Source of the DNA: Naegleria gruberi
Taxonomy: Eukaryota
Assembly (NCBI GenBank): GCA_000004985.1
Contig: GG738918.1
DNA length: 64,000 bases
Direction: 5' to 3' (one strand)
The notes below the pieces were generated by a model, which was not told where the DNA came from, did no database searches, and saw only the letters and a list, made by a program, of their open reading frames with translations. Made by a program: the position numbers and the translations under genes. Below are positions 11,843-23,538 of the stretch, piece by piece (position 1 is the first letter of the stretch; each line of letters opens with the position of its first letter).

Positions 11843-12577
11843 ATGATCATGCAAGAATTTGAACCAAGAAGAAGAATTTCATCTCCAAAAACATTCACAA
11901 ATGTTGAAAATCAACCAATTAGCAATCGTTCACTTTCGAATAGTACTTCCACATTTGAAATTCCAATTGCAAAGAGAACAATTCCATTCCCATATTTAAA
12001 AAGAAAGTCCATTAGAGTTGATTGGGTTCTGAAACAGCAAAAACTCGAACAACAAAAGAAGAATCACAAGAAATTATTAGAAACATTGAGAAATGAAAAT
12101 AATGTGTTAGAAACTGAAAATTTAACATTGAAAGGAAGAATTTTGCAAATGGAATTTATTCTTCAACAATTGAAAGGGGTTTCTTCTAAGAAATCAGAAA
12201 AGATTTCATTCAAAAATCAAAGCTGCCAATCAATTAAAGAGTCAACTCAACCAAAAAAGGAATCTAACAACAAGAAGGATTCAATTATTCAATGCTCCAA
12301 ATGCAACAAGTGTCTTTCCTCCAAATACTTTAAATATCACAGTAGAATTTGTGGAAATACTCAGCTCGAACGTTTGCTCTCTGAAAAGGATTTGAAAACT
12401 TTACAATCAATTAGAAAGAATCAAAAATCAGCTCAAATTGTAAACAAACCAAAGAATAATTGGAGAATTAAGAGAGGAGAGTTCTTGGAGAAGATTAGGT
12501 TGGCTCAAAAGAAAACTTCCTCGAAGTGCATTATTTTCTATAGACCAAATTTTAGAAGGGCAAATCTAAATCAATAA
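11843..12577 (+). CDS. basic coiled-coil protein with C-terminal Cys/His zinc-finger-like motif (hypothetical)
   Basis: ATG at 11843 in an A-rich context; continuous 244-aa ORF. A basic stretch is followed by a heptad Leu region (possible bZIP-like coiled coil). The motif CSKCNKCLSSKYFKYHSRIC lies near the C-terminus. Confidence 0.45.
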   Translation: MIMQEFEPRRRISSPKTFTNVENQPISNRSLSNSTSTFEIPIAKRTIPFPYLKRKSIRVDWVLKQQKLEQQKKNHKKLLETLRNENNVLETENLTLKGRILQMEFILQQLKGVSSKKSEKISFKNQSCQSIKESTQPKKESNNKKDSIIQCSKCNKCLSSKYFKYHSRICGNTQLERLLSEKDLKTLQSIRKNQKSAQIVNKPKNNWRIKRGEFLEKIRLAQKKTSSKCIIFYRPNFRRANLNQ

Positions 12578-12604
12578 ACTTGTTTTAACGAACAGGTAAA
12601 AAGA

Positions 12605-12688
12605 TCCGATGAGACGGAATCGAACCGCCGACCACAGGATAACAATTACAACTACAGTCCCATGCTCTACCAGCTGAGCTATCATCGG
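12605..12688 (-). tRNA. tRNA-Tyr (GUA) with 11-nt intron
   Basis: The reverse complement reads CCGATGATAGCTCAGCTGGTAGAGCATGGGACTGTAG[ttgtaattgtt]ATCCTGTGGTCGGCGGTTCGATTCCGTCTCATCGGA. It has a 7-bp acceptor stem, a D-arm, and an anticodon stem TGGGA/TCCTG with loop CTGTAGA (anticodon GTA). The intron sits between positions 37 and 38 as in eukaryotic tRNA-Tyr. The T-arm is GGTTCGATTCC and the discriminator is A. Confidence 0.9.
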
Positions 12689-13022
12689 TTACATTAATTG
12701 TATCAAAAGCCTACTTATAAATCTATTCGCCCATTATAGTACATTCTTAATACTTGTCTGTTTTAACAACGCGATTACAGTTGCTATTTATTAAGGAACA
12801 AATCTAAACCGAGGTGACTTAATTCAATGTTGTAAGATTATTGTAATGTCATCCCCAAATTCATCTCTGGAAATTCAAATAAATAGAAAAAATTGCCTTA
12901 ACATCAACAGCTTTCATCACACACCTCGGGGAAAATTGTATTTTATCATCTTCAACACAACTGTATAAATATTAATAATTATTATAATTGTAATAATAGA
13001 AAAATAGCAATAATAGCAGAAA

Positions 13023-13808
13023 ATGGGCATGGGAATTTCAGTTGATAATTTAAAAGAGGAGAAGTATTTTCGTAAATTTATGGATTCGCCTCTTAAATGT
13101 TTGACCAAGTCGATTTTGAAGAAACGAATCGAGGAAGCAAAGAAAGATCCCTCCCGAGCTTTACCTGTGAATGATGAAATTAACATGTTGGATTTATTGA
13201 GTGAATTGCCATCAGTTGCTGAGAGAGCTCAGGTAGGATTTACAATTCCACTTGGTTATGATGAAATGATTAATTCGTGGATTTTACCTAGTTTATTGAA
13301 GAAGTGTGTTGTCTTTGATGCCAACAAAACAATTAGTGTTGAAAAGACGAGGGATGAAACTCAAATGGGTTATCAGTGGTACTATAAACATTTGGATGCT
13401 GTGTGTAGAGTAAAATTGAGAAGGTATGAAATTGTGTTGGATAAGAGTAATGAGGAAGAGAGGGAAATTTGGGAATGGATTTTACAATTACAAAGAGGAA
13501 TTAAAGTGGAAGAATTTATTAAGAAATTTGAGGAAAAGTTGGCTAGTGGAGAATATTCAATTGTTTATGAACCTAAAGAATTCGATTTCCAGGTTGCCTA
13601 CATTCAAGATCCTAACGGTCCATTTGGAGGTGCATTGTGCTGGGCCATTCATGGATCTTTACATATTAAATCAACAGATCATTCTCAAACTGTTGAAACA
13701 TTGCCAGTGTGCAATATTGCGAAAAACGTCTACCATAAGGCAACATATTTATATTCTAATCAGCAACAATTCGATGCAGCAAAAAATGGAAAAGATCTTA
13801 TTGAATAA
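13023..13808 (+). CDS. hypothetical protein with N-terminal MGxxxS (possible N-myristoylation)
   Basis: ATG at 13023 gives a continuous 261-aa ORF beginning MGMGISVDNLKEE. No recognisable catalytic motifs. An overlapping +2-frame ORF (13426..13854) is treated as noise. Confidence 0.45.
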   Translation: MGMGISVDNLKEEKYFRKFMDSPLKCLTKSILKKRIEEAKKDPSRALPVNDEINMLDLLSELPSVAERAQVGFTIPLGYDEMINSWILPSLLKKCVVFDANKTISVEKTRDETQMGYQWYYKHLDAVCRVKLRRYEIVLDKSNEEEREIWEWILQLQRGIKVEEFIKKFEEKLASGEYSIVYEPKEFDFQVAYIQDPNGPFGGALCWAIHGSLHIKSTDHSQTVETLPVCNIAKNVYHKATYLYSNQQQFDAAKNGKDLIE

Positions 13809-14064
13809 AATCCTTAATATCAGATGTGCAGTTTGTGGAAACTACGAATTTTAGTGAAGCAGTAATTATGAAAATATATAAGTGTTTGTTTGAAAATTGA
13901 TTAATTGTTCTTTACATGCAAGCAAGTTAAACCTTCACTTTCAAATCCTTGCTGCATTAATATACAAGATCCATATGTTGGAATTCTTGTGATATTGATG
14001 CAAGAATGATCTGAAAGTAAAGTGTTCTCTTGCTAGGTTCATAGCAAACCAAGTAGGTGAATAC

Positions 14065-15036
14065 TTAGTCTGTTTTGGACCTAATGATGTGAAAACCGTT
14101 TGAACACTTGGTGGAGTATTTTGAAAGATGAGTGGATCTGGTTTCTAATTTTCCAAATTCATAGTTAACAACATTATGTACACCACAAGATTTACCTGTT
14201 TGGCAGTAGAAGAAAAGATACTCTTCAGTACCCTTCAATCTAATCCAGGTGGAGAGCTTGGTTGGCTTTGCATTGCCATAGATTGCCTCCTTATCGAAAC
14301 GCTTCTTCAGTGATACATAATTTGTCTTGGTGGTATCCAAGTTTGATATTTGGAACGAGATTTCACAAACCCTTGTCATTGTATCTTTATCAGACTTTAA
14401 AGCAACAGTTTGTCTTCTTTTTGTCTGGTAAACTTCAAAAGCAATGGTGACTTCAGGTGTGTTGGTGTTAATTTCCAAGTAGGAATTGCTTTCAGAGAAT
14501 TTGGTGTACTGCCAATCATCAGCACTATTCTTCTTGGCTCTCTTGTTCACTGTCTTTTCTTCGTCTTGCTTTGCCTTCTTACTGCTCTTCTTCTTCTTTT
14601 GGACGAATGTGGATTGATCAAAGGTGCTTTCTTTGTTACTACTAGAACTAGCAGCACCAGTGCTAATCACATCCTGACTTTGATAGGAAGCAGAAGAGGT
14701 TGAGCTTGTTGGGGAAAGAGCAGAATTTCTCAATTGTTGATAAATGTCATCCAAGGACATCATTTGTTGATCTTCAGCTGCAGGGAGATGTTCTTCCAAT
14801 CCAACCTTTTCAACTACTACTGGAAAGATGAATTCATCCATGGTTTTAAATAAAGTGGCAAATTCATCCATTACTTCAGAGCCAACTGAAGCAACAGATG
14901 AGGTGAATTGTTGTCGTTGTGCTGCTTGGTATTCATTCCAACCATGCATGGCATCCTCATGGCTTAAGAAATCAGTGTCATTGTTGTTATTATTATTATT
15001 ATTAGTGGTAAAGAAATTAACGTGTTGGGCAAACAT
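14065..15036 (-). CDS. hypothetical nuclear-type protein (poly-N, acidic and Lys-rich linker, C-terminal Cys/His cluster)
   Basis: The first true ATG is at 15036 (MFAQHVNFFTTNNNNNNNN); the ORF track's start at 15048 is a TTG. A KKKKSSKKAK basic patch is followed by a C-terminal W..LKG…YCQTGKSCGVHN…H…H segment. This may be a divergent WRKY/GCM-type zinc module. Confidence 0.45.
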   Translation of the reverse strand: MFAQHVNFFTTNNNNNNNNDTDFLSHEDAMHGWNEYQAAQRQQFTSSVASVGSEVMDEFATLFKTMDEFIFPVVVEKVGLEEHLPAAEDQQMMSLDDIYQQLRNSALSPTSSTSSASYQSQDVISTGAASSSSNKESTFDQSTFVQKKKKSSKKAKQDEEKTVNKRAKKNSADDWQYTKFSESNSYLEINTNTPEVTIAFEVYQTKRRQTVALKSDKDTMTRVCEISFQISNLDTTKTNYVSLKKRFDKEAIYGNAKPTKLSTWIRLKGTEEYLFFYCQTGKSCGVHNVVNYEFGKLETRSTHLSKYSTKCSNGFHIIRSKTD

Positions 15037-15344
15037 CTTGTTGGTCAAAGGTGGATAGATGGTGCTGTTTGATGTGCTTGGTAACGGGCAAAGCGTTAGG
15101 TGCTTGAAAAGACTAAGAGGCTTTTGATTTTTTTAAAAATATTAAAATCATGAAATTACGCGGTTTTTATTTTCAATTCCATTTTCATTTTGTAAAGTTT
15201 TCCGGAAACGTGAAATGATTGGATAACAAATTTGCAAACGAGAAATCAAATTCTCTTGCTGTGATTGAAACTTGCTGAAACTACAGTGAAACAAGTGAAG
15301 AAAGTTTTCCCGCGTAAAATAGTTTTAAAAAATCTTTAAAAAAA

Positions 15345-16515
15345 ATGACGAAATCAAATCATCATAAATTCAGGTTACCACTTGTTTTATCCGTTTTATT
15401 AGTAGTGGTAGTGATGGTAAATTGTCATCGTTCTATTATCAAAGATAAAATCAAAGGAGGAGAAAATATGAAAAATATTAAATTGATGGATCATTCTAGT
15501 CATCCGTATGGATTTTTCGAATCGGAACAATTTAAAGAAAGAAGTGGATTGATTTCGAATTATTTAATAGTAACAGCTTCAAAGAATTTTGAAAAGGATT
15601 TGCAATATTCACATGTACATTTGAAGAATGAAAGTTTGCCATTTGCTCCGAATCAGAAATTGAGTGGAAATTTAATTAGAGTGACAAGTGTCAGTTCTCA
15701 TTTTCATGTGTTGGCACCACATGGAAGATGTTGTCAGCCTTCTACTACGAATTCTTTCACAGACACACCTTGTAAGGAAAGAACAAGTGATACAGCCAAG
15801 CTCAATGATTGTATTGTAGCAACCAATGCAGGATTTTTTGATGTGGCCAATGGCTATTGTTTGGGAAAGGTTATTTCAAATGGAAAAGTTTTAAATGATT
15901 ATGGGAGAGTTCATCCAAATGCTGCCTTTGGATTAATTGATGATGGCAAAGGAAATGCTCAATATGTTTTTGGATATTTGAATCAAACTGATTATGAAAA
16001 ATTGAAAATCACTCAACTAGTTCAAGTAGGTAATTCTTCAATGTTAACTAGTAATTTATTTTACAATCTTTAAAACAAAGGGAGTTGTATGGTTGGTGAG
16101 AGAAGGAAAGTCCTACATTAATGAATCAGTTAAAATTGAAAAAACTTCAACTGGATTTATAGAAGAGGCTGCTCCTCGTGTTGCCATTGGAAACGATGCG
16201 AATGGAAATTTGCTGATTCTTCAAATGGATGGATATGAACCACTCAAATGGGGTTTGAATTTGTATCAATTTACTGATTTATTGCTCTCCCTTGGATTTA
16301 AGAATGCTATAAATGTTGATGGTGGAGGTTCTGCAACTACCTATATTAAGGATCACGACAAGTTATTTGTAAGTAATTCTCAAGTAGCAAATTCAATCTT
16401 AAATTTATAGAATACATGTTCTGACACATGTTTAGAGTTTAAGGGGAACATGTGTCCTAATTCTTATCTCGGAAGATGTGAACGACATGTAACGACAATC
16501 TTTTGCATGAAATAA
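15345..16515 (+). CDS. secreted phosphodiester glycosidase (NAGPA/'uncovering enzyme' domain, DUF2233 family), 3 exons: join(15345..16025,16081..16368,16411..16515)
   Basis: Signal peptide (LPLVLSVLLVVVVMVNC). The motifs ATNAGFFD…, PRVAIGNDANGNLLILQMDG and NVDGGGSATTY match the NAGPA fold. A 55-nt intron (gtaggt…aaag) joins the first two ORFs in frame. A 42-nt intron (gtaagt…tatag) adds a Cys-rich terminal mini-exon, NTCSDTCLEFKGNMCPNSYLGRCERHVTTIFCMK*. Confidence 0.65.
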
Positions 16516-16773
16516 AGAGACAGAATCTTTGGTGAATTATTTGACAAATCAAGTCAATCCGAAAAGGCTATCTCAGTAAGAATCATATTTTTATCTCAAC
16601 TTGTAACAGAAGTAACTCTAATATTGAGCGCCATTAAATGTATTCCAAATTTATTTACGCCCATCAATATATTTCAATCTCTTGTACTCTTGCAGGTCAA
16701 TCAGTAAAAGATGTTCATACTTGTGTATTTTCAAACTCTACCAACATCAAAAAAACCTTTCAATCTCATTTCA

Positions 16774-19700
16774 ATGATGAAGGTTCTCTCACCCTTACAA
16801 CTAATTTCAATCATTAGCTGTTTCGTCCTGTTTCTATTCATCACAACCAACGCTCTAATAAATCCCTCAAATCCATCTTCTGATACAACAACATGGGATC
16901 TGGACAATGAAATTTGGTTTGCTCAATCCGCACCACTAACAGGTCCTTCCAAGAGGTAAGTATTGGAATTTCATACAAATTTCATTAATTGGAAATTTCC
17001 CGCCCAATTTTAAATTCAAATATTTAAAAAAAATATTAACATCGTGATGACCACATAAAAACAACATGTTCTTGTTTGGTGGTTCATAGACTTGGAATTG
17101 AAATGCGGGATGGTATTTTGACTGCCTTTAATGAATTCAATGCACTTGGAGGTGTTTTTGGAGGTAAAAAGTTGAAACTCTTAACTCTAGATGATGCCTA
17201 CGAACCAACCAACACAAAGGTGAATACCAATTTGCTTCTCTATAATATTACTCCTCCGAATACGTCAACATTGAATCAGGCTATTTTCAATAATAGTATC
17301 GCATTGGATGAGGTAAAAGGAAGAAAATACTTTGGCTTGATTGGTTTTGTTGGTACTCCAACAGTGCAGAATGTTTTTACTGATGTGCTGAGTCAGGTTT
17401 GGCCTCTGATTGGATCATTCACTGGAGTTGGTTGGCTTCGAACACCTTTCTATCCAAATATTATTAATATTCGTGCTTCGTATGATGACGAAACTGCTGC
17501 TATGGTTGAGTGGCTGGTAAATGTCAAATTGATAAGAAGGATTAGTATCATGTATCAGAATGATGCTTTTGGTAATGCTGGCTTGTCAGGAATTAATAGA
17601 TCATTGGTGAAGAGATTGAACATTTCGCTCTGTTCTAGTGGTACCTTCCCAAGAAATACTCTGCAGGTTGAGGATGCTTTCAATACAATTGGTAAATGCA
17701 ATCCAGAGGCAATAGTTTTGATTGGAACCTATGCTCCTCTTTCGAAATATATAAGATTGGTTAAGGATGTAGCCTTCTCCCCTTATAATTCAACACTTGG
17801 ATACAGCAAGGCCAATCAGATTACTTTCCTTACTGTGAGTTTTGTTGGATCATCAGCATTGACAGAAGATTTATCCTCCTATCAACCTCCTTCTCTTGCC
17901 TATGGAAAGACCTATTATACGGACAATGTTGTAATTTCTCAAGTGGTTCCAAGTCCAATGGATACCAGCTATCCCATTGTTTCATCCTATCAACGTTCTA
18001 GAAAGGAGTATGCTAAAAATTTGGGACTTGATCCATCACTTGTGTCGTTTACTTTTATTGAGCTAGAGGGTTATTTAGTAGGAAAACTTGTGTTTACTGT
18101 GCTCAAAAACATGATAGGATCATTAACAAGGTCTAACTTTATTGCTAGTATATATTTCGACTTTACATCTGGTGTTAGTGATGTAACAAATGCTGGTGGT
18201 TATTTCAATTTTGAATCGGTTCAAGTTGGTAGATACAAATATTGCAATGCTGTCAATTTGTACGATCATTTCCTTTCACCTAGCAATCAAACAGTAGTAT
18301 CTGGTTCATGTTCTGATAATTGTAATCAAGGACTTAAAATTATTTACCTCAGTAATATAGAGCTCAAGAACAATACTAACATTAGATTTAATATTTTCAG
18401 GGACTTTTCGTGGTATGACACCCAAAAATGTATTTCAGACACTGCTCAAATTCAAAAACAAATTATAATAGGTCAATCTATTTTATCAACCTCTTTGAGA
18501 GATCAATTTATTACTGTGGGTATTAATGCTGCTCTTTCAAAAAGAAATAGTAATTATACAAGAAATATTGAACTCAAAACACTATATCACGATGATTCAG
18601 CATCAATGTTGAAAAATGTTGTAGAACTGAAAACTCTCCATGAAAGTGTTGCATTTGTAGGGGTTTCTGCTGAGAGTATTAATTTGGACAGTTCAAATAC
18701 CAATTCAACCATAGATATTAGAGGATATTCAGAATTTTCAAATATTCCTTTATTTGGGGTGCGTTCAACAAATAGTATGGTATTGAGAAATACATTTGTT
18801 TCATCTTTTATTCATGTATTTCCATCAATAATGGATCAATTGGGTACCGTAATAGATTATAGCATGAAAAATGGAGAGAATAGAATAAGTATCGTCTATA
18901 GCAGTTCAAATTCAAATTCAGTCGAGGTTAGACAATTGTTAAAGTCTATTCTGGATTCGATTGGTATAGAGACCGATAGCGAGGTTGATGCCACTGAAAC
19001 AATTTCATTAGACTCAATTATTAATCAACTCAGTTCTAACACTGCTAACCCTCACTCCATCTTTCTTACTTTGAGTAATCCAGACCAAATTCTCAGTATC
19101 ATCTCACAAATCAAAAAGACCTATTCGAATTCTAGCCCACTATTTAGAAAGGGATTATCTGTTTATTTGATCAATTCACTATTTGATTCGAGTGTTGAAG
19201 CTATTTTTTCAACACCACTTTCTTTGATTGTCGATGAAAACTTGAGTGTAAAGTATGTGAGCCATCTTCCAGGATCCTACAACTCTACTCTTCAAGTAAT
19301 AACAGATTTTGAAAATTCAATGGATACATATTTTCCTTCAATTAATTATAGAAATAATACTGCTTATCTTGAGGGCTATATTATTGGAGCAATGATCTCT
19401 GCATTTATCGATAGTAGTGGAGGTAATTTAGACGCTAAAGGGCTATTGAACTACATGTATACTGTACAGCAAGTAACTTCTGCTGGTGTAAGCTTTGGAA
19501 AGCTGTCTGTTGGATCCAGCCCTTGTTCATTAGGATTAAGAACAAACTATATCTATGCTTACAATCAAAAATCACAGACTTTTTCTGAATTCAATATTCG
19601 AAACTATGATATGAATGGGTGTGGTCTTGTTAAATATAAGAATAGCAAAAAGCGTGCTGCTCCTACAATAGATATTTCCTCATTAGAACAACCTTTGGTG

Positions 19701-22046
19701 TTTGCCAGATTAATACCTTTCTCTGGTGATGAATCATTGAGTTCTTCAAAACTAAGTTTACTAAATGACGTAATCGATGCAGATGACTACTCGAAAGGAC
19801 TTTCATCTTACATAAACGTATACAATACCAAAACTACTAACCAGAAAATTCAAATAAGAACAGAATATTTCGGGTTTACAGATAGTAGATGGAGTCTTGA
19901 AACTAAGGTGAAAAATATGATAACTAGACAGAAGGTATTTGCATTTGTAACTGGTTTTTCTAGTGATGAAGATTTTGCGACAATTGACAATATCAAACAA
20001 ATTCTTACAACATATGATACGCCAATGCTTACAACTTCCAATTCTTTAGAATTGCGAAAACCATTCTCCAAATATTTTATCAATATGAAATCCTCTGTGT
20101 TAGATGAAGTTGCATCTCAAATTTCTTATTTCAAGAATTATGGATCTATTGCAATTATTTATCACAATATTCCTTACTGGACCAACCAATCAATTCCATT
20201 AATAGCAGAGTATTTGGAATATAATAGTATTTCAATATCTTTAATACAAGGCTTTAGTGGCAGCAGTGATTTTAGTTCATTGGGAGTTAAACTTCAAGAA
20301 GGAAATATTCAATCAATTGTTTTGATATCTGGGTCATCAATGTCAGCTTCATTCATATCTTCCTTGATTATGTATCAAACAACATATACGCCTAATATTG
20401 GAATTCTATCGGAAGCATATAATAATGACTTTGTTTCAAAGACCTTCACTGTTAACAATTACAAGTCTGCTCTATTTGCTCATAACTTCCTCTATTTGTC
20501 CACAATTACCTTTGCTCCAAAGATTTACAGCTCTGATATTTGTTCATTGTCAACCAGTTCTCTACATACTGACAAACAGAATTCTTTTATCTCACTATTC
20601 ATGTCTAACTACAATTACAATAGTACAGCAACACACATGACATTGGAAGGTTACTCTACAGGATTTTTCATTGAAACACTCCTTAATAGAATTTACCAAG
20701 AAATGGGAATTACGAAACTGAGTACTGATGATCTATTTTCAGGAATTTATTCTGCTCAAACATTTGATATTTCTGGATTGAATACTTTTGGACCATTTGG
20801 GTTGGAATGCTCCAGTCAATCAAGTCAATTAACAACAAATCAAACTTCTTCTTCTTGTAATCAGAAAAGTACAACAACTTGTGATTGCAACCAAGCCCCA
20901 AGAAAAGTCTACTTGAGCAGAGTCAATATCGTTCCAACAGAAAATTATTACACTTTCACTGATATTGATTATGCATTCGATTTCAGCAGTTCATGTGGTG
21001 TGAGTGTTGTCAAACCTGTGCTATCGACTACTGCAATTGTTTTGATTTCATTGGCTGGGTTCTTTGTCATTCTGCTCGTTATTATTGCCATATCAATCGC
21101 TTATGTTTGTATTTCAAGATCAGAAAGTAATACCAAGAATGCACCTAAAACTGGTAACATTTGCTGCTGCTTTACAGATATTCAGAACTCGACCGTTTTA
21201 TGGGAAAAGTGTGAAAAGGGAATGAGAGAAGGTCTCAAATTGCACAATGATGTTCTGCGTAATCAACTCAACTTATTCAAAGGTTTTGAGGTCAAGACTC
21301 AAGGAGACTGTTTCTATGTCGTATTCAAGGATCCACTGGATGGAATAGATTGGGCAATGAGCTGTCAACACGAATTAATGTCCATTGCTTGGCCATCCGA
21401 ACTATTACAAATGTATGATTGTAGAACAGAGTTTAATAATGAAACCAAGGAGATAGTTTGGAATGGAATTAGAGTTAGAATGGGCTTGCATTTTGGTTAT
21501 GCAGAGAAGATCTTTGACAAGGTAGTGAACAGACCAGACTACTTTGGTAATACTATCAATGCAGCTGCTAGAATTGAGGCTTCTACCCAAGGTGGTCAAG
21601 TTTTAATTAGTGAAGATATGTTCTCAGAGTTGTGGAAAATTCATGGAACTAATTTATTCAAATCCATCACTTTAAAGGAAGATAATCAAGCAACTTATTT
21701 GGAAACCATTAGTCCTTCATTTAAAAGTGTGAATGGTATAGGAGAAAGCAAAAAATCCAAGGATTTCCAGGCAATATTCAGCACAAAAGGAAGATCTATC
21801 AAATATAGTGAAAATACAGAATCAACTAAATCAGAAGATAGAAAGTTGAAATACCATGCAAACGATCTTGGAGAATTCAAGCTTAAAGGATTGCAAGGAA
21901 TGATAAGATTATTTGAAATCAAATCGGATAAAATATTGGAGAGAAAATACAGTGAAAATTTGAGAAATACTGAAGTAACAAAATTAGATATGTTAAAACA
22001 AGGTTCCCAACTAAAGTCAACTCGTACCATCCTTCCTCTAAACTAA
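16774..22046 (+). CDS. receptor-type adenylyl cyclase: signal peptide + LivK/ANF-receptor-type periplasmic-binding-protein ectodomain (~1000 aa) + single TM + class III cyclase domain; join(16774..16955,17090..22046)
   Basis: Exon 1 encodes a signal peptide (MMKVLSPLQLISIISCFVLFLFITTNA) and the start of a Peripla_BP_6-like motif (FAQSAPLTGPSK). A 134-nt intron (gtaagt…catag) joins in frame to …LGIEMRDGILTAFNEFNALGGVFGGKKLKLLTLDD… The TM helix is AIVLISLAGFFVILLVIIAISIAYVCI. The cyclase core is CCCFTDIQNSTVLWE…FEVKTQGDCFYVVF…RPDYFGNTINAAARIE. The substrate-specifying K (in VKTQGD) and D (in PDYFGN) indicate ATP rather than GTP. Confidence 0.75.
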
Positions 22047-22478
22047 AAGCAGAACCACAGGAATGAGTCCTACACACAGCAATCATGTTCAGTTCCACCT
22101 TGCGCGTTACTAATTAAATAACGAGGCGTATTTGCTTGAATGATCACTAACAAATCTTTCATTCCCACCACTATTCGATTCTTTACGATACAATAAATAG
22201 TTCAGATTGTTGCATAGTCAGGAATTGTGGTTTTTAAATATTTTTTACAATCAACTTTGATCTTGCTCCTTGCACAAAGATTGTGAACTGTAAATTTGTA
22301 AACAATTCGAAACTCTGTTCTAATGGAAATTGTTAACCGAAGTTGATAGAATTAAGGGAGCACTAATGTTGCTTTACAATATTCCCAATAAAACATAAAA
22401 GGAAACCCATATTCACCAATCACATCGTTATTCGATTCTTCACATGTAAACAGTCCAAAAATCAAACTCTAAAAAAAA

Positions 22479-23480
22479 ATGACTAAACTACCACTGAGTG
22501 TCCTCTGCACTCTCTGTTTCACATTATTTCTCTTCCTCCACTCTATCAACTGTTTAGTGATATCTCCAAAAAAGGGAATGGCATTTCCAAACTCTGGAGC
22601 TCCACAAACTAATTCTTACAAAGATTTGGCGCAATCGTTGAATGTTGCTTGGTGTTATAATTGGGGAAATTCTGCTCCTTCCACTGGACTGCCATCTGTC
22701 ACTTCATATGTTCCACAAATTTGGGGAAGTGGTTCAATTAATAATGCAACCATGACAAAGTTGGCAAATTTGAATCAACAAGGAATGGATAATGTCTTGT
22801 TGGGATTTAATGAACCTGATTTGAGCGAGCAATCGAATTTGACTCCACAACAAGCAGTTAATTTGTGGCCGAAATTGATGGAAACTAAACGAAAGTTGGG
22901 TTCTCCTGCTATGGCTGGTTATGCTCCTTCCACTGATTCATGGCTTTCTCAATTCATGACTCTTGCAACTACATCTAAATTGCAAGTTGACTTTATTGCT
23001 GTCCATTGGTATGGAACTCCACAATATGGCTCATCATTTCTTCAAATGGTAGACGAAACTTACAAGAAATACAAACTCCCAATTTGGGTAACTGAATTTG
23101 CAGCTGCCGATTGGAGTGCAACTGCTTCAAAACCAGCTCCATACACTCAGAAAGATGCCATCAACTTTATGAATGTGACAGTGAGAGGTTTATTAGAAAG
23201 ATCATATGTGGAAAGATTTTCATGGTTTGCACCAATTAATCCAAAGGATCCCATCATGGGATTCAGTGCTGTGTTCAATGAGGATGGAAGCTTGACTGAG
23301 GTTGGAAAATTATATGCCTCCTTGGGTGTTAGTAATGATAATAATAATAATGGAAATCCAGCAATTTCAAAGAAAGTTTCAACTTCAACTAGAACTTCAA
23401 TGGGAAGTGGAGTGAATGTTATCTCTTTGAATGTCTTGATGATTATTCTTGCCTTATTTGTACTAATTGTAAATTATTAA
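22479..23480 (+). CDS. secreted, probably GPI-anchored clan GH-A glycoside hydrolase (GH128 / Glyco_hydro_cc-like, putative beta-1,3-glucanase)
   Basis: ATG at 22479 after an A9 run. Signal peptide present. Catalytic-Glu motifs GFNEPD (acid/base) and IWVTEFA (nucleophile) are spaced as in GH5/26/128. The C-terminus has a Ser-rich stretch followed by a hydrophobic tail (LNVLMIILALFVLIVNY*) typical of a GPI signal. Confidence 0.6.
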   Translation: MTKLPLSVLCTLCFTLFLFLHSINCLVISPKKGMAFPNSGAPQTNSYKDLAQSLNVAWCYNWGNSAPSTGLPSVTSYVPQIWGSGSINNATMTKLANLNQQGMDNVLLGFNEPDLSEQSNLTPQQAVNLWPKLMETKRKLGSPAMAGYAPSTDSWLSQFMTLATTSKLQVDFIAVHWYGTPQYGSSFLQMVDETYKKYKLPIWVTEFAAADWSATASKPAPYTQKDAINFMNVTVRGLLERSYVERFSWFAPINPKDPIMGFSAVFNEDGSLTEVGKLYASLGVSNDNNNNGNPAISKKVSTSTRTSMGSGVNVISLNVLMIILALFVLIVNY

Positions 23481-23538
23481 ATATTTAATATTTTGTAATA
23501 TTAATCATTTTATTATTTATTATACAAGTACAATTGAG

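Noticed and set aside
13426-13854. 142-aa +2-frame ORF overlapping the 13023..13808 gene
   Set aside because: It is an out-of-frame overlap whose start is not an ATG in good context, while the in-frame 261-aa ORF is the better model.
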